Positions 21,457-31,714 of a DNA stretch of 64,000 bases are shown here, one piece after another (within the stretch, counting starts at the first letter, position 1; the number at the start of each line of letters is the position of its first letter). This DNA is from a virus, in the IMG/VR virus record IMGVR_UViG_3300043411_001639, positions 92,733 to 156,732 of that record; one strand, given 5' to 3'. The translations under genes and the position numbers were made by a program. The notes beneath the pieces were generated by a model. The model saw only the letters and a list, made by a program, of their open reading frames with translations. It searched no databases and had not been told where the DNA came from.

Positions 21457-23798
21457 TGACTCTACAAAAAATCTACCCAGAATTCATTGAAACAATCAGC
21501 CTCAATACTAACCCAAAAAGGAACTATATTAGTAGTTCCTCTGGAATTACAGGAGACCTATATGTTTTCCCACGTAGAATTCTAAGGGAAAAACAAATAA
21601 AACTAACTTCTAGTAGTTCTGTATTTACAGAACAAACGGATTTAAACGACTATTTAGACAGTGCTAAGAATTCAGCTAGGGTATCTAACTCAAACAACTT
21701 TGCTCTGAACAGTTTTCTAACGGCTGTTAATACTCAGCCAACTAACCAGAACAAACAACAGAAAGTATTAATTTACAGAGAAGTTCCAGGTTTTGATACT
21801 GACAAAGCCCAACAACTAAAGAAAAACCTACAAAAAGTATTAATACCTTTTTACAAACCGGAATCAACTACTTTTGATTTTAGTTATAACAATTTTAACA
21901 GTTTAAACTTCTTTCGTAGTTCGGATACTCCTACAAGTTCTGTACTGTTATATCCGAACTTAATAACTGTTGGTTCAGATAGTACAATAACAGGAAGATA
22001 CATCCCTTCAACTGGATTTAGTTTTGATCTTTGGGTTAAACCTGGATATACCAACACTAAAGCTGCTACTATATTTCACCTTAGTTCTGTGTTTGCACTG
22101 TCTGTATTAACTGGTTCACTGAAGAATGAAAGAGATGAACCACTAGGATACAGACTGTTGTTACAAACAAGTGCTAGTTGTGACACCTCACCATCAACCA
22201 TCAATCTTAATTCTCTCCCAACAGGTAGTTTTTTATCAGATAACAACTGTTTGTTAAAAAATCACTGGCATCATGTTTCTGTTAGATGGGGAGGTTTAGC
22301 AGTTAACAATGGTACTGGTAGTTTCTATGTTGATGGAAACAACAAAGGTAACTTTGTTATCAGTAGTTCTACAATAGTTCCTCTAAGTTTCTCTCCTGGT
22401 AGAGATAACCCAAATGTTCTTTGTGTTGGTAATTTCTATGAAGGAACCAACTCTGGAAGTGCATCAACAGGTAAATTCTTTACTTCAACCATTGCTACAA
22501 GAGAAGGATTGGAACAGTTAACTGTTGATACAGGGTTTGCACCCTCCAGTTATTTCTTTGATCATACATTTAGCGGAGAACTATCAGAACTAAAAATCTA
22601 TAACAGATATATAACAGACTCAGAGATAAGATTCTTACAAACAAATAGTCCATTACCATCAACACAAGGGTTGATATTCTATCTACCTCCATTCTTTACC
22701 TATGAATCTCCAACCAGGACATTCCATGCAGCTAACGGAGGAGTTTTAATATCACCTTTCCAAACAGAGGATGGAACTACTAATACTCCATTCAACAAAG
22801 ACCTAGCATACGGTCTAGGAGGTCATTATATCAACCTGGAAAATAATACTAGGGAAATGGTCAACGGAATATATCCGCGCCTCTGGGAGCTCACTGGTAG
22901 CCTTCTGTTGAATAGTCTAAATACTCCGATGACTGCTAATGAAATACTCTACTCAACAGGTTCTGTTAAAAAAGCTTCTCTTACTGTTCTACCTTCTGAC
23001 AATGGAAACTATTTTCCCAACTATGATTGGTTTGGTAGTTTAAATAAAACTAGGTTTGTTAATGATTTTGGTAGTCAAGATCTATCAAGGATAACCTTGA
23101 ACGATATACTTCCTTCAAGAACAGAAGCCTATAACAATTTGTCTGGGAGTTTAGCTTCAGATCTAGTTGGTTCAAGACCTGAAAACATCAGCGCAAGTAT
23201 AACAAACAACCAAGCTTATACCCTACAACAAAGAACAGGTGATAGTTCTTCCAGACAAGTTGTTATGTTTAACATCAGTAACTTGTTCTATGGTGACAAG
23301 ATAAAACCCAACAGTTTAACTATTGTTGATACAGACCTATCAGGATCAGATGGAATTGTAAGAATAACTCTCAAAGATGATGGCTGTGGTAATTTATATA
23401 GAGCAGATAGTTCTGGAAGTTTAGGACATGCAACCTGGAACTCAGTAGGAAACGTGTTTTACAACGAAGGAATAGTTTTAATCAAACATCCTTCCCTATA
23501 TTTTTTTGGTAAGAATGAATTTAGAATGACATTTCAAGGGGAGAGAAACGTTCATGTTCTTAGTTTAAATCTGTTCCTAGCACCTTATCAATTTACTTCT
23601 TCTTCTAATCCTAGTTTTGTTGAACTATCCAGTTCAATATCAACTAACATCAATGAAGAAGATAGGAAGTTTGTTTATGTTACTAACGTAAACATCCATG
23701 ATGACAACTTGAATGTTATAGCTAAAACTTCATTTGCTCAACCTTACAGATTAAAACACTCAGACAAAGCACTTGTTAAAGTAAAACTAGACTTCTAA
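21456..23798 (+). CDS. LamG-domain virion protein (candidate receptor-binding/baseplate)
   Basis: FSFDLWVKP...NHWHHVSVRW...FYVDG...FSGELSELKIYNR (LamG); C-terminal SSNPSF...YVTNVNIHDD.LNVIAK...QP...VKLDF. Confidence 0.7.
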   Translation: MTLQKIYPEFIETISLNTNPKRNYISSSSGITGDLYVFPRRILREKQIKLTSSSSVFTEQTDLNDYLDSAKNSARVSNSNNFALNSFLTAVNTQPTNQNKQQKVLIYREVPGFDTDKAQQLKKNLQKVLIPFYKPESTTFDFSYNNFNSLNFFRSSDTPTSSVLLYPNLITVGSDSTITGRYIPSTGFSFDLWVKPGYTNTKAATIFHLSSVFALSVLTGSLKNERDEPLGYRLLLQTSASCDTSPSTINLNSLPTGSFLSDNNCLLKNHWHHVSVRWGGLAVNNGTGSFYVDGNNKGNFVISSSTIVPLSFSPGRDNPNVLCVGNFYEGTNSGSASTGKFFTSTIATREGLEQLTVDTGFAPSSYFFDHTFSGELSELKIYNRYITDSEIRFLQTNSPLPSTQGLIFYLPPFFTYESPTRTFHAANGGVLISPFQTEDGTTNTPFNKDLAYGLGGHYINLENNTREMVNGIYPRLWELTGSLLLNSLNTPMTANEILYSTGSVKKASLTVLPSDNGNYFPNYDWFGSLNKTRFVNDFGSQDLSRITLNDILPSRTEAYNNLSGSLASDLVGSRPENISASITNNQAYTLQQRTGDSSSRQVVMFNISNLFYGDKIKPNSLTIVDTDLSGSDGIVRITLKDDGCGNLYRADSSGSLGHATWNSVGNVFYNEGIVLIKHPSLYFFGKNEFRMTFQGERNVHVLSLNLFLAPYQFTSSSNPSFVELSSSISTNINEEDRKFVYVTNVNIHDDNLNVIAKTSFAQPYRLKHSDKALVKVKLDF

Positions 23799-23799
23799 C

Positions 23800-24639
23800 C
23801 TACATCAACAGGATTTTACCAATATAATAACCAATTAAATTCTCTATATGACCCACAATGTTTTCTTCATATGAGGGTAAATCTTGTTTATACATTTCAA
23901 GAGCATGTCGGTTGCTAGGATTAATATCCCCATAGAATTTTATAGTTTTTGGTAGTTGAAGTTTAACTGTTCCCGTTAATAAATACTGTGCTATCAATTC
24001 ATAAACAAATTCATATCCTCTATTAAGTTTCTTGTCTCTGGCGGACTTCATTGTTCCTATTTGTTGAAATACTTCTCCCAAGCCTGGTTCAAATAACTTA
24101 GTGAAATAAATACCATAAACTTCACCCAGAATATTTCTTAGGATTGAAGTTAATTCTCTTTCAAAATATTGAAACTCTTCAGGGTTCCCTTTCCCATTCA
24201 TCATATCCCTATTCATTACATGTCCAAATCTATGAGCAATTGTCCAACCTGTCATTGGAACTTTTTGATCACCAAAATTACCGTTAAAAATTATAGTAAT
24301 ACTATCAGGGTTTGGGTCTGGAATTTCATTGGGTGATATTTTTAGTTCTGTTCTCAGAAAATTTAAATCTATTGGACCTATCTCTTGGTAATCTTCACTG
24401 TTTGTGTAAGATTTATTAAGCATATAAACATCAAAGTTAAATTTTGTTCTTTCCCACTGTTTTGTTATTTTTTCAATAGCTTTTGGATTTGTTAATAATT
24501 TTCTGTCAGTGTCATCAAATCCACCTTCTTCAGCTTCTCTACCTGTAAAATTTCCTACAAGTTTTGTCTTGATTGGCATTTCATTCAAGATTACTGACTC
24601 AACAATCATAATGAACTTTTGTTTTTCAAACTGATCCAT
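23800..24639 (-). CDS. Zincin-like hypothetical protein (HRxxH variant); likely start 24639
   Basis: WTIAHRFGH followed by EFVYELIAQYL; N-terminal MDQ...IVESVILNE. Confidence 0.55.
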   Translation of the reverse strand: MDQFEKQKFIMIVESVILNEMPIKTKLVGNFTGREAEEGGFDDTDRKLLTNPKAIEKITKQWERTKFNFDVYMLNKSYTNSEDYQEIGPIDLNFLRTELKISPNEIPDPNPDSITIIFNGNFGDQKVPMTGWTIAHRFGHVMNRDMMNGKGNPEEFQYFERELTSILRNILGEVYGIYFTKLFEPGLGEVFQQIGTMKSARDKKLNRGYEFVYELIAQYLLTGTVKLQLPKTIKFYGDINPSNRHALEMYKQDLPSYEENIVGHIENLIGYYIGKILLM

Positions 24640-24657
24640 GTTCTCTAGAATATATGT

Positions 24658-24915
24658 ATGATGAACAACTCTAAACAAGAACAGTTGGGTTTGATCCTAG
24701 CTCTACAGTATCAGAAAGAAACAGATACTATACTATGGGATTTATTAAACACAAAAAAGTATCATGGTTTAGTAGACATCTGGTATGAGTTTAACAATGA
24801 CAGGTTAGATATTAAATTCCAGCAGATAAAAACACCTGATGTTCAGAAACATAATAATGAAACAATGAGATGGTTTGTTAGTCAAGAAAAACAAGCTGTA
24901 AAACACGTTGTTTAA
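24658..24915 (+). CDS. Hypothetical protein
   Basis: 85 aa ORF filling the gap before primase. Confidence 0.5.
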   Translation: MMNNSKQEQLGLILALQYQKETDTILWDLLNTKKYHGLVDIWYEFNNDRLDIKFQQIKTPDVQKHNNETMRWFVSQEKQAVKHVV

Positions 24916-24953
24916 AGCCATAACCAACTATGGTAACATGGGTATGAACAGAA

Positions 24954-25961
24954 ATGAGTTTTACTCTAGGAGAATCACAAGAGTTTTTAACCAAAGTATT
25001 TGGTTCTGGAAAGTTAACAGGTAACGGTCTTAATTTTGCTATCTCTTGTCCGTTCTGTCAAGACACTAACCACAAGAAGAAACTTGAAATTAGACTTGAC
25101 TATTTTGTTTGTCATTGTTGGATCTGTGGTTTCAAGAGTAAAAACCTTGTTAAACTTTTAAAAGAAACTAACAACCAACACCATGTTAGAGAATATCTTG
25201 ATAAGTTTGGCAAGAGTTTACTGTTAAAAGAACAAGCAGAGGAAGAACTGTTCTCAGATAAACTTAACAGACTTCTTGATAAAACTACTAGTAATAATAA
25301 ACAACCAGAGACACAACAGGTAGATCTTCCTAAAGATTTTAAGTTACTAGCAGTAAACCTTGATTCAAAAACCGCTAAACCTTATTTAGACTATCTTATA
25401 AAACAAAGAGGTTTGGAATTAAGAGATCTGTGGTACTATAAGATTGGTATAGCTCCAGGTACATATCCGAACAGAGTTATTATCCCTTCACACAGACCTG
25501 ATGGTAGTTTAAACTACTTTATTACTAGAACAATCAACAGTTGGGAAAAACCTAAATATTACTCTCCTGTTAAACAAAGAACAGATCTAATATTCAACGA
25601 GATTAACATAGACTGGACATTGAACAGAATAGTCCTTGTTGAAGGAGTGTTTGACCTGATGAAAGTAGCATATGAAAACACAGTACCACTACTAGGAAGT
25701 GAGTTAGACGAGAAAACAAGACTATTTCAAACCATAATAAACAATGCAGATACTATGGAAGTTATACTGGGACTTGATAATGACGCTAAAACAAAGACAG
25801 TAAAACTTGTCAAACAGTTTCAAAACTACGGAATCAACCCTAAAATAGCAATCCCAAACAACAATGACTTTGGTCAGATGATGAATAAACAGAATGTTGA
25901 ACAACAAATAAACAACGCTAGAGAGTTTACTTTTCAACAACTGTTACAATGGAACATATAA
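24954..25961 (+). CDS. DNA primase (Zn finger + TOPRIM)
   Basis: CPFC...CHCWIC zinc ribbon; RVIIP, PKY, LVEGVFD and LGLDND TOPRIM motifs. Confidence 0.9.
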   Translation: MSFTLGESQEFLTKVFGSGKLTGNGLNFAISCPFCQDTNHKKKLEIRLDYFVCHCWICGFKSKNLVKLLKETNNQHHVREYLDKFGKSLLLKEQAEEELFSDKLNRLLDKTTSNNKQPETQQVDLPKDFKLLAVNLDSKTAKPYLDYLIKQRGLELRDLWYYKIGIAPGTYPNRVIIPSHRPDGSLNYFITRTINSWEKPKYYSPVKQRTDLIFNEINIDWTLNRIVLVEGVFDLMKVAYENTVPLLGSELDEKTRLFQTIINNADTMEVILGLDNDAKTKTVKLVKQFQNYGINPKIAIPNNNDFGQMMNKQNVEQQINNAREFTFQQLLQWNI

Positions 25962-25967
25962 ACAACA

Positions 25968-28900
25968 ATGAAAATAGCACACATATCAGACATTCATGTT
26001 CGTGGTTTAACAAGACATGAAGAATACAAAGCAGTATTCAACAATCTTTATCAGAAACTAAAAGAGGAAATAAAACCTGATCTAATAGTTTGTACTGGAG
26101 ATATCTGGCATACCAAAACCCAAGGAATAACTCCAGAGGCTATTGAGTTACTCACCAACTTCTTTGATGAACTAGCAGGAATAGCTCCTTTACACATGAT
26201 CTTAGGTAACCATGACGGCAACCTAGCTAACAACAACAGACAAGATGCTATAACTCCTATACTCAAAGCAATGAACTATAAGAGTAAGAAAAACACTAAA
26301 TTTTATAACAACATAGGTGATTTACAACCAGGAATAAAACTTTATAAACAAAGTGGTGTTTATCCTGTTTATTGTTCAGACTTTATGATTTTTGGTGATT
26401 CAACAGTATTAACTTCAAACAGTCATCAATTAAAAGAATCAGATTTTTCCTTCTGTGTTTTATCACCTTTTGATAAAGAAGGATGGGAACAAGTTAAACC
26501 AAAACCTGACAAGATAAACATCTGTTTGTTTCACGGTTCTGTTCTAGGTTGTGTTACAGACCTAGAGCATATGTTAGAGCACACAGAAGAAGAACTAAGA
26601 CTGTTTGATGGTTATGATTTTGTTATGCTGGGGGATATTCATCAACAACAGTTCATGGGACACAGACCTGATAAAACTGGAAACATAAAACCTTGGATTG
26701 GATATCCAGGTTCACTAGTACAACAGAACTTTGGTGAAGGTGTTCACAAAGGTTTCTTTGTCTGGGATATCAGAGCAAAGGATGATTGGGATGTTGATTT
26801 TATCATACTTCCTAATGACATGCCATTTCTTAACATCAGGTGGATGGGTGATGTTGATCTAACCCTAGAACAACTAGAAGATATTAAACCAGGAACAAGA
26901 GTCAGAGTTATATCTGATGAACAAATAACCCAAATAGACAGGAGACACTTATATCATGAACTAAGAGAAGTTAAATCATGTTCTGAACTAGCCTATAAAA
27001 TTACTAACAACAAAGACAACCTAAAAAACATTTCTACTTCTGGATTAACAATTCATAAGGCTAGTTTAAGAAATGATCATGGAACCATGTTGCAGTTCTA
27101 TAGAAAATACATAACTGATCATCTTCAATCTATGAATCTTCAAGAAGAAGAACTAAAAGGGGCAGAAGAACTGATTGTCCAGTACATGAATAAATTCAAT
27201 GAATCTTTCCAAGAAGAAGCAAGAGACGTTCACTGGACGGTTAAAGAACTAGTTTTTAATAACCTGTTCAAATATGGGGAAGGAAACAAGATCAATTTTG
27301 ATAAACTAAAAGGTATAGTTGGTATCTTTGGTCCTAACAGAGCAGGTAAATCTTCAATTGTTAGTAGTTTAATGTACGGGTTGTTTAATACAACAGAAAG
27401 AGAAGTAGGCAGAGGAGTAGGACACTACATCAACAAAGGGAAGAAACAGGCTAACTGTTCTATCAGATTTGAATCAGGTGGTTCTGAGTATTTGATAGAA
27501 AGAGCAGTAGCTTTAAAAGAAAACCCTAAAGAACCTATGGCCTCAACTACCACACTACAACTCTACCAAATACAAAAAGACGGCAGTAAGAGTATTGTAG
27601 AAAATGATGTATCAAGAACTGACACTGATAAAGTTTTAAGAAAACTAATAGGTACACCAGTTGATTTTAGACTAACTGCTTATTCAGCCCAAGGTGACAT
27701 AGCTAGGTTCATTGAACAAGGTGCTACTCAAAGAAAAGCTAACCTTAACAGGTTCCTTGACCTTGATATATTTGAGAAACTTTATAAAACAGTAAATGAT
27801 GACTACAATGCTATAACTGCGAGAATATCTGTCTATCAAACAGATGAAACAAGAGAGTCAAACATACAAGTGTTATCTGATAAAATAACACAGTTAGAAC
27901 AAGAACTACAAGTTGTTCAAGGAAACATTGAAACCAGAAAAACAAACATTGAGTTTATCCAGAATACTTTAAACAACCAAACCAACATAAAAAACATCAA
28001 GTTAAAACTAGTAAACCTAAGACAAGAAACAGAAAAACTAAGTTATAAACTACAGGAATTTAGTTCTGTTTCTGTAAAATCTTTAGATTTAAGAGAACAA
28101 TACCAAACAAAACTATCTCAAGTTGAGCAACAACTAGAAGAGTTGTCTGGAAAACTGGAAACCTGGAGAGAAGTTGAGTTGTTGTTAACAACAAAAGCTA
28201 AAGAACAACAAGAAATAAAAATAACTCTTGACAAAGAAACAATAGTTTTAACACAGCAAGAAAAATCTGTTAGAAAACTTGATTTAGTTCCTTGTGGTGA
28301 TCAGTTTCCTAACTGCCACTTTATTAAAGACAGTTATGAAGATAAACAAAAACTTCCTGTACAACAAGCTGTTGTGTTGGGTTTAAAAAACAAACATCGT
28401 TCATTAGAATTAGAACTTGAAGACCTGATTAAAACAGAAGCTACTAAGTCAATTAAACAGTTTGAACAACTAGAGTTAACAAAAACTAAATTAATCAAAG
28501 AACTTGAAGATATTAAATCTCAAGATTTAATATTAGAAGATAGAGCTACTCTTGTTAAGGAACAACTACAAGAGAAACTTCAAGAAGTACAACAGCTTGA
28601 GAAAGAAGCTTCTGGTTATGACCTTGATAGTTTTGATACCAAACAACGTGAGTTATTACAAGAACAAAAAGAAATAACAGCTCTTGAACAAGAAAAATCT
28701 AACAAGATCAAAACTGTTGGAATGTTAGAAAACAAAAAACAAACAGTGATAAAACAAGTTGAAGAATTAAAGAAAGGACAAAAACAACAACGAATCTTAT
28801 CAACAATTCTTGAAACATTCTCAAAGAATGGTATTCCAGCTTTAATTCTTTCAAGTCAGTTACCTGCTATTAATGAAGAGATAAACAAGGTACTTCAAAC

Positions 28901-29273
28901 AACAGTAGATTTTAAAGTAGTTCTTGAAACAGAAGTATCTTCTAACACACTTGATATCTGGATTGAAGACTCAGGTTCAAAAAGAATAATTGAGTTAGCT
29001 TCTGGAATGGAGAAAATGATTGCAGCACTTGCTATTAGAATTGCTTTGTTAAATCTTTCCAGTTTACCAAGACCTGATTTTTTTATCATAGATGAGGGGT
29101 TTGGTTCTCTAGATGATGACTCAATCATGAAATGTCTACAGTTTATACAAACATTCAAGTCAGTATTTAAAACAATTATTGTCATAAGTCACATCTCTCA
29201 AGTAAAAGAGATAGCAGAGAAAATCATTGAAATCACAACCTATGAAAACGAATCAAAAGTACAACATATCTGA
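25968..29273 (+). CDS. Fused SbcD/Mre11 (gp47) nuclease and SbcC/Rad50 (gp46) ATPase
   Basis: HISDIH, TGDIWH, GNHD, FHG, GDIH, YPGS phosphoesterase motifs; Walker A GPNRAGKS, Q-loop, coiled coil, ASGMEK signature, IIDEGFGSLD, VISH. Confidence 0.92.
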   Translation: MKIAHISDIHVRGLTRHEEYKAVFNNLYQKLKEEIKPDLIVCTGDIWHTKTQGITPEAIELLTNFFDELAGIAPLHMILGNHDGNLANNNRQDAITPILKAMNYKSKKNTKFYNNIGDLQPGIKLYKQSGVYPVYCSDFMIFGDSTVLTSNSHQLKESDFSFCVLSPFDKEGWEQVKPKPDKINICLFHGSVLGCVTDLEHMLEHTEEELRLFDGYDFVMLGDIHQQQFMGHRPDKTGNIKPWIGYPGSLVQQNFGEGVHKGFFVWDIRAKDDWDVDFIILPNDMPFLNIRWMGDVDLTLEQLEDIKPGTRVRVISDEQITQIDRRHLYHELREVKSCSELAYKITNNKDNLKNISTSGLTIHKASLRNDHGTMLQFYRKYITDHLQSMNLQEEELKGAEELIVQYMNKFNESFQEEARDVHWTVKELVFNNLFKYGEGNKINFDKLKGIVGIFGPNRAGKSSIVSSLMYGLFNTTEREVGRGVGHYINKGKKQANCSIRFESGGSEYLIERAVALKENPKEPMASTTTLQLYQIQKDGSKSIVENDVSRTDTDKVLRKLIGTPVDFRLTAYSAQGDIARFIEQGATQRKANLNRFLDLDIFEKLYKTVNDDYNAITARISVYQTDETRESNIQVLSDKITQLEQELQVVQGNIETRKTNIEFIQNTLNNQTNIKNIKLKLVNLRQETEKLSYKLQEFSSVSVKSLDLREQYQTKLSQVEQQLEELSGKLETWREVELLLTTKAKEQQEIKITLDKETIVLTQQEKSVRKLDLVPCGDQFPNCHFIKDSYEDKQKLPVQQAVVLGLKNKHRSLELELEDLIKTEATKSIKQFEQLELTKTKLIKELEDIKSQDLILEDRATLVKEQLQEKLQEVQQLEKEASGYDLDSFDTKQRELLQEQKEITALEQEKSNKIKTVGMLENKKQTVIKQVEELKKGQKQQRILSTILETFSKNGIPALILSSQLPAINEEINKVLQTTVDFKVVLETEVSSNTLDIWIEDSGSKRIIELASGMEKMIAALAIRIALLNLSSLPRPDFFIIDEGFGSLDDDSIMKCLQFIQTFKSVFKTIIVISHISQVKEIAEKIIEITTYENESKVQHI

Positions 29274-29502
29274 TGACCTAATAGTCATCAATCCTAACAA
29301 CATACAAACAGTACCTTTGTTCTGTCCTGTTTGTGGTTTTCCACTTGAACACTCAGATGATGTTAAACACTACAAAGAATATAACAAGTGCTTCATGTGC
29401 GTCTGTAAGAACATAGATATTAATACTCTCCCAGAAAAACTAGAACAATATTTAGCTTCTAGAGTTAAAACCCTCCAAACCAAACAATTAATCATAAACT
29501 AA
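29227..29502 (+). CDS. Small Zn-finger protein
   Basis: CPVC...CFMC; true start may be ATG 29242. Confidence 0.55.
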   Translation: MKSQPMKTNQKYNISDDLIVINPNNIQTVPLFCPVCGFPLEHSDDVKHYKEYNKCFMCVCKNIDINTLPEKLEQYLASRVKTLQTKQLIIN

Positions 29503-29534
29503 TCTTGTTGATATTTAAATCTATAATACAATAG

Positions 29535-31667
29535 ATGTCAACAAGAAAATTAGCAAAACAAGAACAGATTGATGAACTAATGAAATGTGGTTCAGATCCA
29601 ATCTATTTTATCAAAAACTACCTATTCATTCAACATCCAGAAAAAGGAAGAATACCTTTTGAACTCTTTGAATTCCAAGAAGACTGCATCAGAGACTTTT
29701 TAAAATACAAATTTAATGTAGTGGTCAAGTCAAGACAGTTGGGATTATCCACCACCGCCGCCGCTTATTGCCTATGGATGGCAATGTTCCATGAAGATAG
29801 AAACATATTAATTCTTGCTACTAAACTTGATGTAGCTAAAAAGATCATCAATAAGATTCGTGTAACTTTTAAGATGTTACCTGGATGGATGGTAGGTTTG
29901 CTTGGTTTAACAGAACCAGAAGCAAGCTCTGTCAAGTACATGAAACTATCAAACGGTTCTACCATTACTGCTGAACCCACAACAGAAAACTCAGGACGTT
30001 CAGATGCTCTGTCTTTATTGGTAATAGATGAATGCGTAACAGGAGATACCACTATTCAAATAAGAAATAAAACAACAGGTGAAATAAAAACCGTTGAAAT
30101 ACAAGACTTATTAAGTTCAGAATATAGGGGATCTATTAATCAAGATTTAAAATTAATAGACGAACTAGAGGTTTTAACTCCTAGTGGTTGGAGTAGTTTT
30201 ACTGGAGTTAAAAAAACTACCAAACAAGAGAAGTATGAGGTATTAACTGAACACTCAAAACTAGAATGTTCAAAAGGACACAGACTTAAACTGGAAGATG
30301 GTAGTTTTGTTGAGGTAAAAGATCTAAATCCAGGGAACAAACTTGACAATCAAAATATTGTTGTTTCAATTAAACAAACCCAAGAAACAACAGATTTTTT
30401 TGATTTAATTAATGTTGAAAAACATAGTGAATATTATACCAACAATATAACAAGCCACAATTGTGCTCACATTGAAGGTTTAGAAGATATTTGGGTGGCT
30501 TTAAAACCTGCTCTAACAGTAGCTAAAAACGCTAAAGTTATTGCATTTAGTTCACCTAAAGGAAAAGCAAACTTCTTCTATAAACTCTATAAAGAAGCAG
30601 AAACAGGGGTTTGGGAAGAAGACAAAAAAGGCTTCCATGCTAAAGGACTAGGCAAGAACAGTTTTCACGCTATTAAACTTCCTTGGACAGTACATCCTGA
30701 TAGAGATGAAAAATGGTTTGAAGAAGAATCAAAATCAATGGATGCCAAAGCTATTGCTCAAGAGTTCATGGCGTCATTTGAACAATCAGGTGACACTTAT
30801 TTTAACATTGAAACAATGAACAACATTGAACAAGAACTTGAAGAACCACTATACCATGATGGTCCTAATGAAAAAAACATAGATGCACTCTGGATCTGGA
30901 AAGAAGTTTTCTTAGATCACAAATACCTGTTGTGTGGTGATGTATCAAGAGGAGATGCTCAGGATTTTAGTGCATTCCATATAATCAATACTACTACTTG
31001 GGAACAAGATGCTGAGTTTATGGGCAAGATACCACCGGACAAATATGCTGATTACATGGTTGAGATAGCCAAAAGATATGGGGAAGCTTTTATTATACAA
31101 GAGAAAAACTCTGTAGGTATAGCTACAGCTATCAGACTAAGAGACTTAAAATATCCTCATGTTTACTGGCAGGATAAATCACAAGATGAACAACTATACA
31201 TGTCTGATGAAGAAAAGACAATGTTGTTTCCAGGATTTACTATGAAACCAGGAAATAAACCAGGAAATAGAGATGAGCTTTTAATAAATCTTGAAGGAAT
31301 ATTAAGAAACAAACAATTATTAATCAGATCAAGAAGATTCTATTCTCAGATGCAAGACTTCATTTGGAATGGCAAGAAGGGACAAGCAGCCAAGGGGAGA
31401 AATGACGATCTTATCACTTCTCTGGCTATTGGTTGTCACATAGTAAAACCAGAAAGAAACAACGTTAATAAAACAGACAAAGAAGCTCCTGGCTCAATTC
31501 CAGATTTTCAAAACATGTTTCTCAAAGTCATGAGAAGACAGAATATTAATACAAATATTAACCTTGGACAACAAACATTTAATGGAGTTAAACTCAAACC
31601 AGGAGTTAGATCTGAAGCTGTTGCTCAGCAACAACAAGTAAAAGATATGTTTGGTTGGATGTTTTAA
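29535..31667 (+). CDS. terL: Terminase large subunit (T4 gp17-like) containing an intein
   Basis: DPIYFIKNY, PFELFEFQ, KSRQLGLST (Walker A), LLVIDE (Walker B), SSPKG, GDVSRG, NDDL nuclease motifs. Confidence 0.95.
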   Translation: MSTRKLAKQEQIDELMKCGSDPIYFIKNYLFIQHPEKGRIPFELFEFQEDCIRDFLKYKFNVVVKSRQLGLSTTAAAYCLWMAMFHEDRNILILATKLDVAKKIINKIRVTFKMLPGWMVGLLGLTEPEASSVKYMKLSNGSTITAEPTTENSGRSDALSLLVIDECVTGDTTIQIRNKTTGEIKTVEIQDLLSSEYRGSINQDLKLIDELEVLTPSGWSSFTGVKKTTKQEKYEVLTEHSKLECSKGHRLKLEDGSFVEVKDLNPGNKLDNQNIVVSIKQTQETTDFFDLINVEKHSEYYTNNITSHNCAHIEGLEDIWVALKPALTVAKNAKVIAFSSPKGKANFFYKLYKEAETGVWEEDKKGFHAKGLGKNSFHAIKLPWTVHPDRDEKWFEEESKSMDAKAIAQEFMASFEQSGDTYFNIETMNNIEQELEEPLYHDGPNEKNIDALWIWKEVFLDHKYLLCGDVSRGDAQDFSAFHIINTTTWEQDAEFMGKIPPDKYADYMVEIAKRYGEAFIIQEKNSVGIATAIRLRDLKYPHVYWQDKSQDEQLYMSDEEKTMLFPGFTMKPGNKPGNRDELLINLEGILRNKQLLIRSRRFYSQMQDFIWNGKKGQAAKGRNDDLITSLAIGCHIVKPERNNVNKTDKEAPGSIPDFQNMFLKVMRRQNINTNINLGQQTFNGVKLKPGVRSEAVAQQQQVKDMFGWMF
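30033..30461 (+). mobile_element. Mini-intein (143 aa, no endonuclease) in terminase Walker B
   Basis: Starts CVTGDT after IDE; block B CSKGH; ends FFDL...YYTNNITSHN followed by C (+1). Confidence 0.92.
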
Positions 31668-31676
31668 TGAATTATA

Positions 31677-31705
31677 TTGCAACTGTCTATGAAACGTGGT
31701 AGTGT
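31677..31705 (+). promoter_or_regulatory. Sigma70-type promoter
   Basis: TTGCAA-N17-TAGTGT with extended TG; ATG 9 nt downstream. Confidence 0.5.
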
Positions 31706-31714
31706 CAGTCCACT

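Noticed and set aside
3415-23798. Extracellular contractile injection system or tailocin locus
   Set aside because: Portal, terminase, protease, MCP and replication genes show a complete phage
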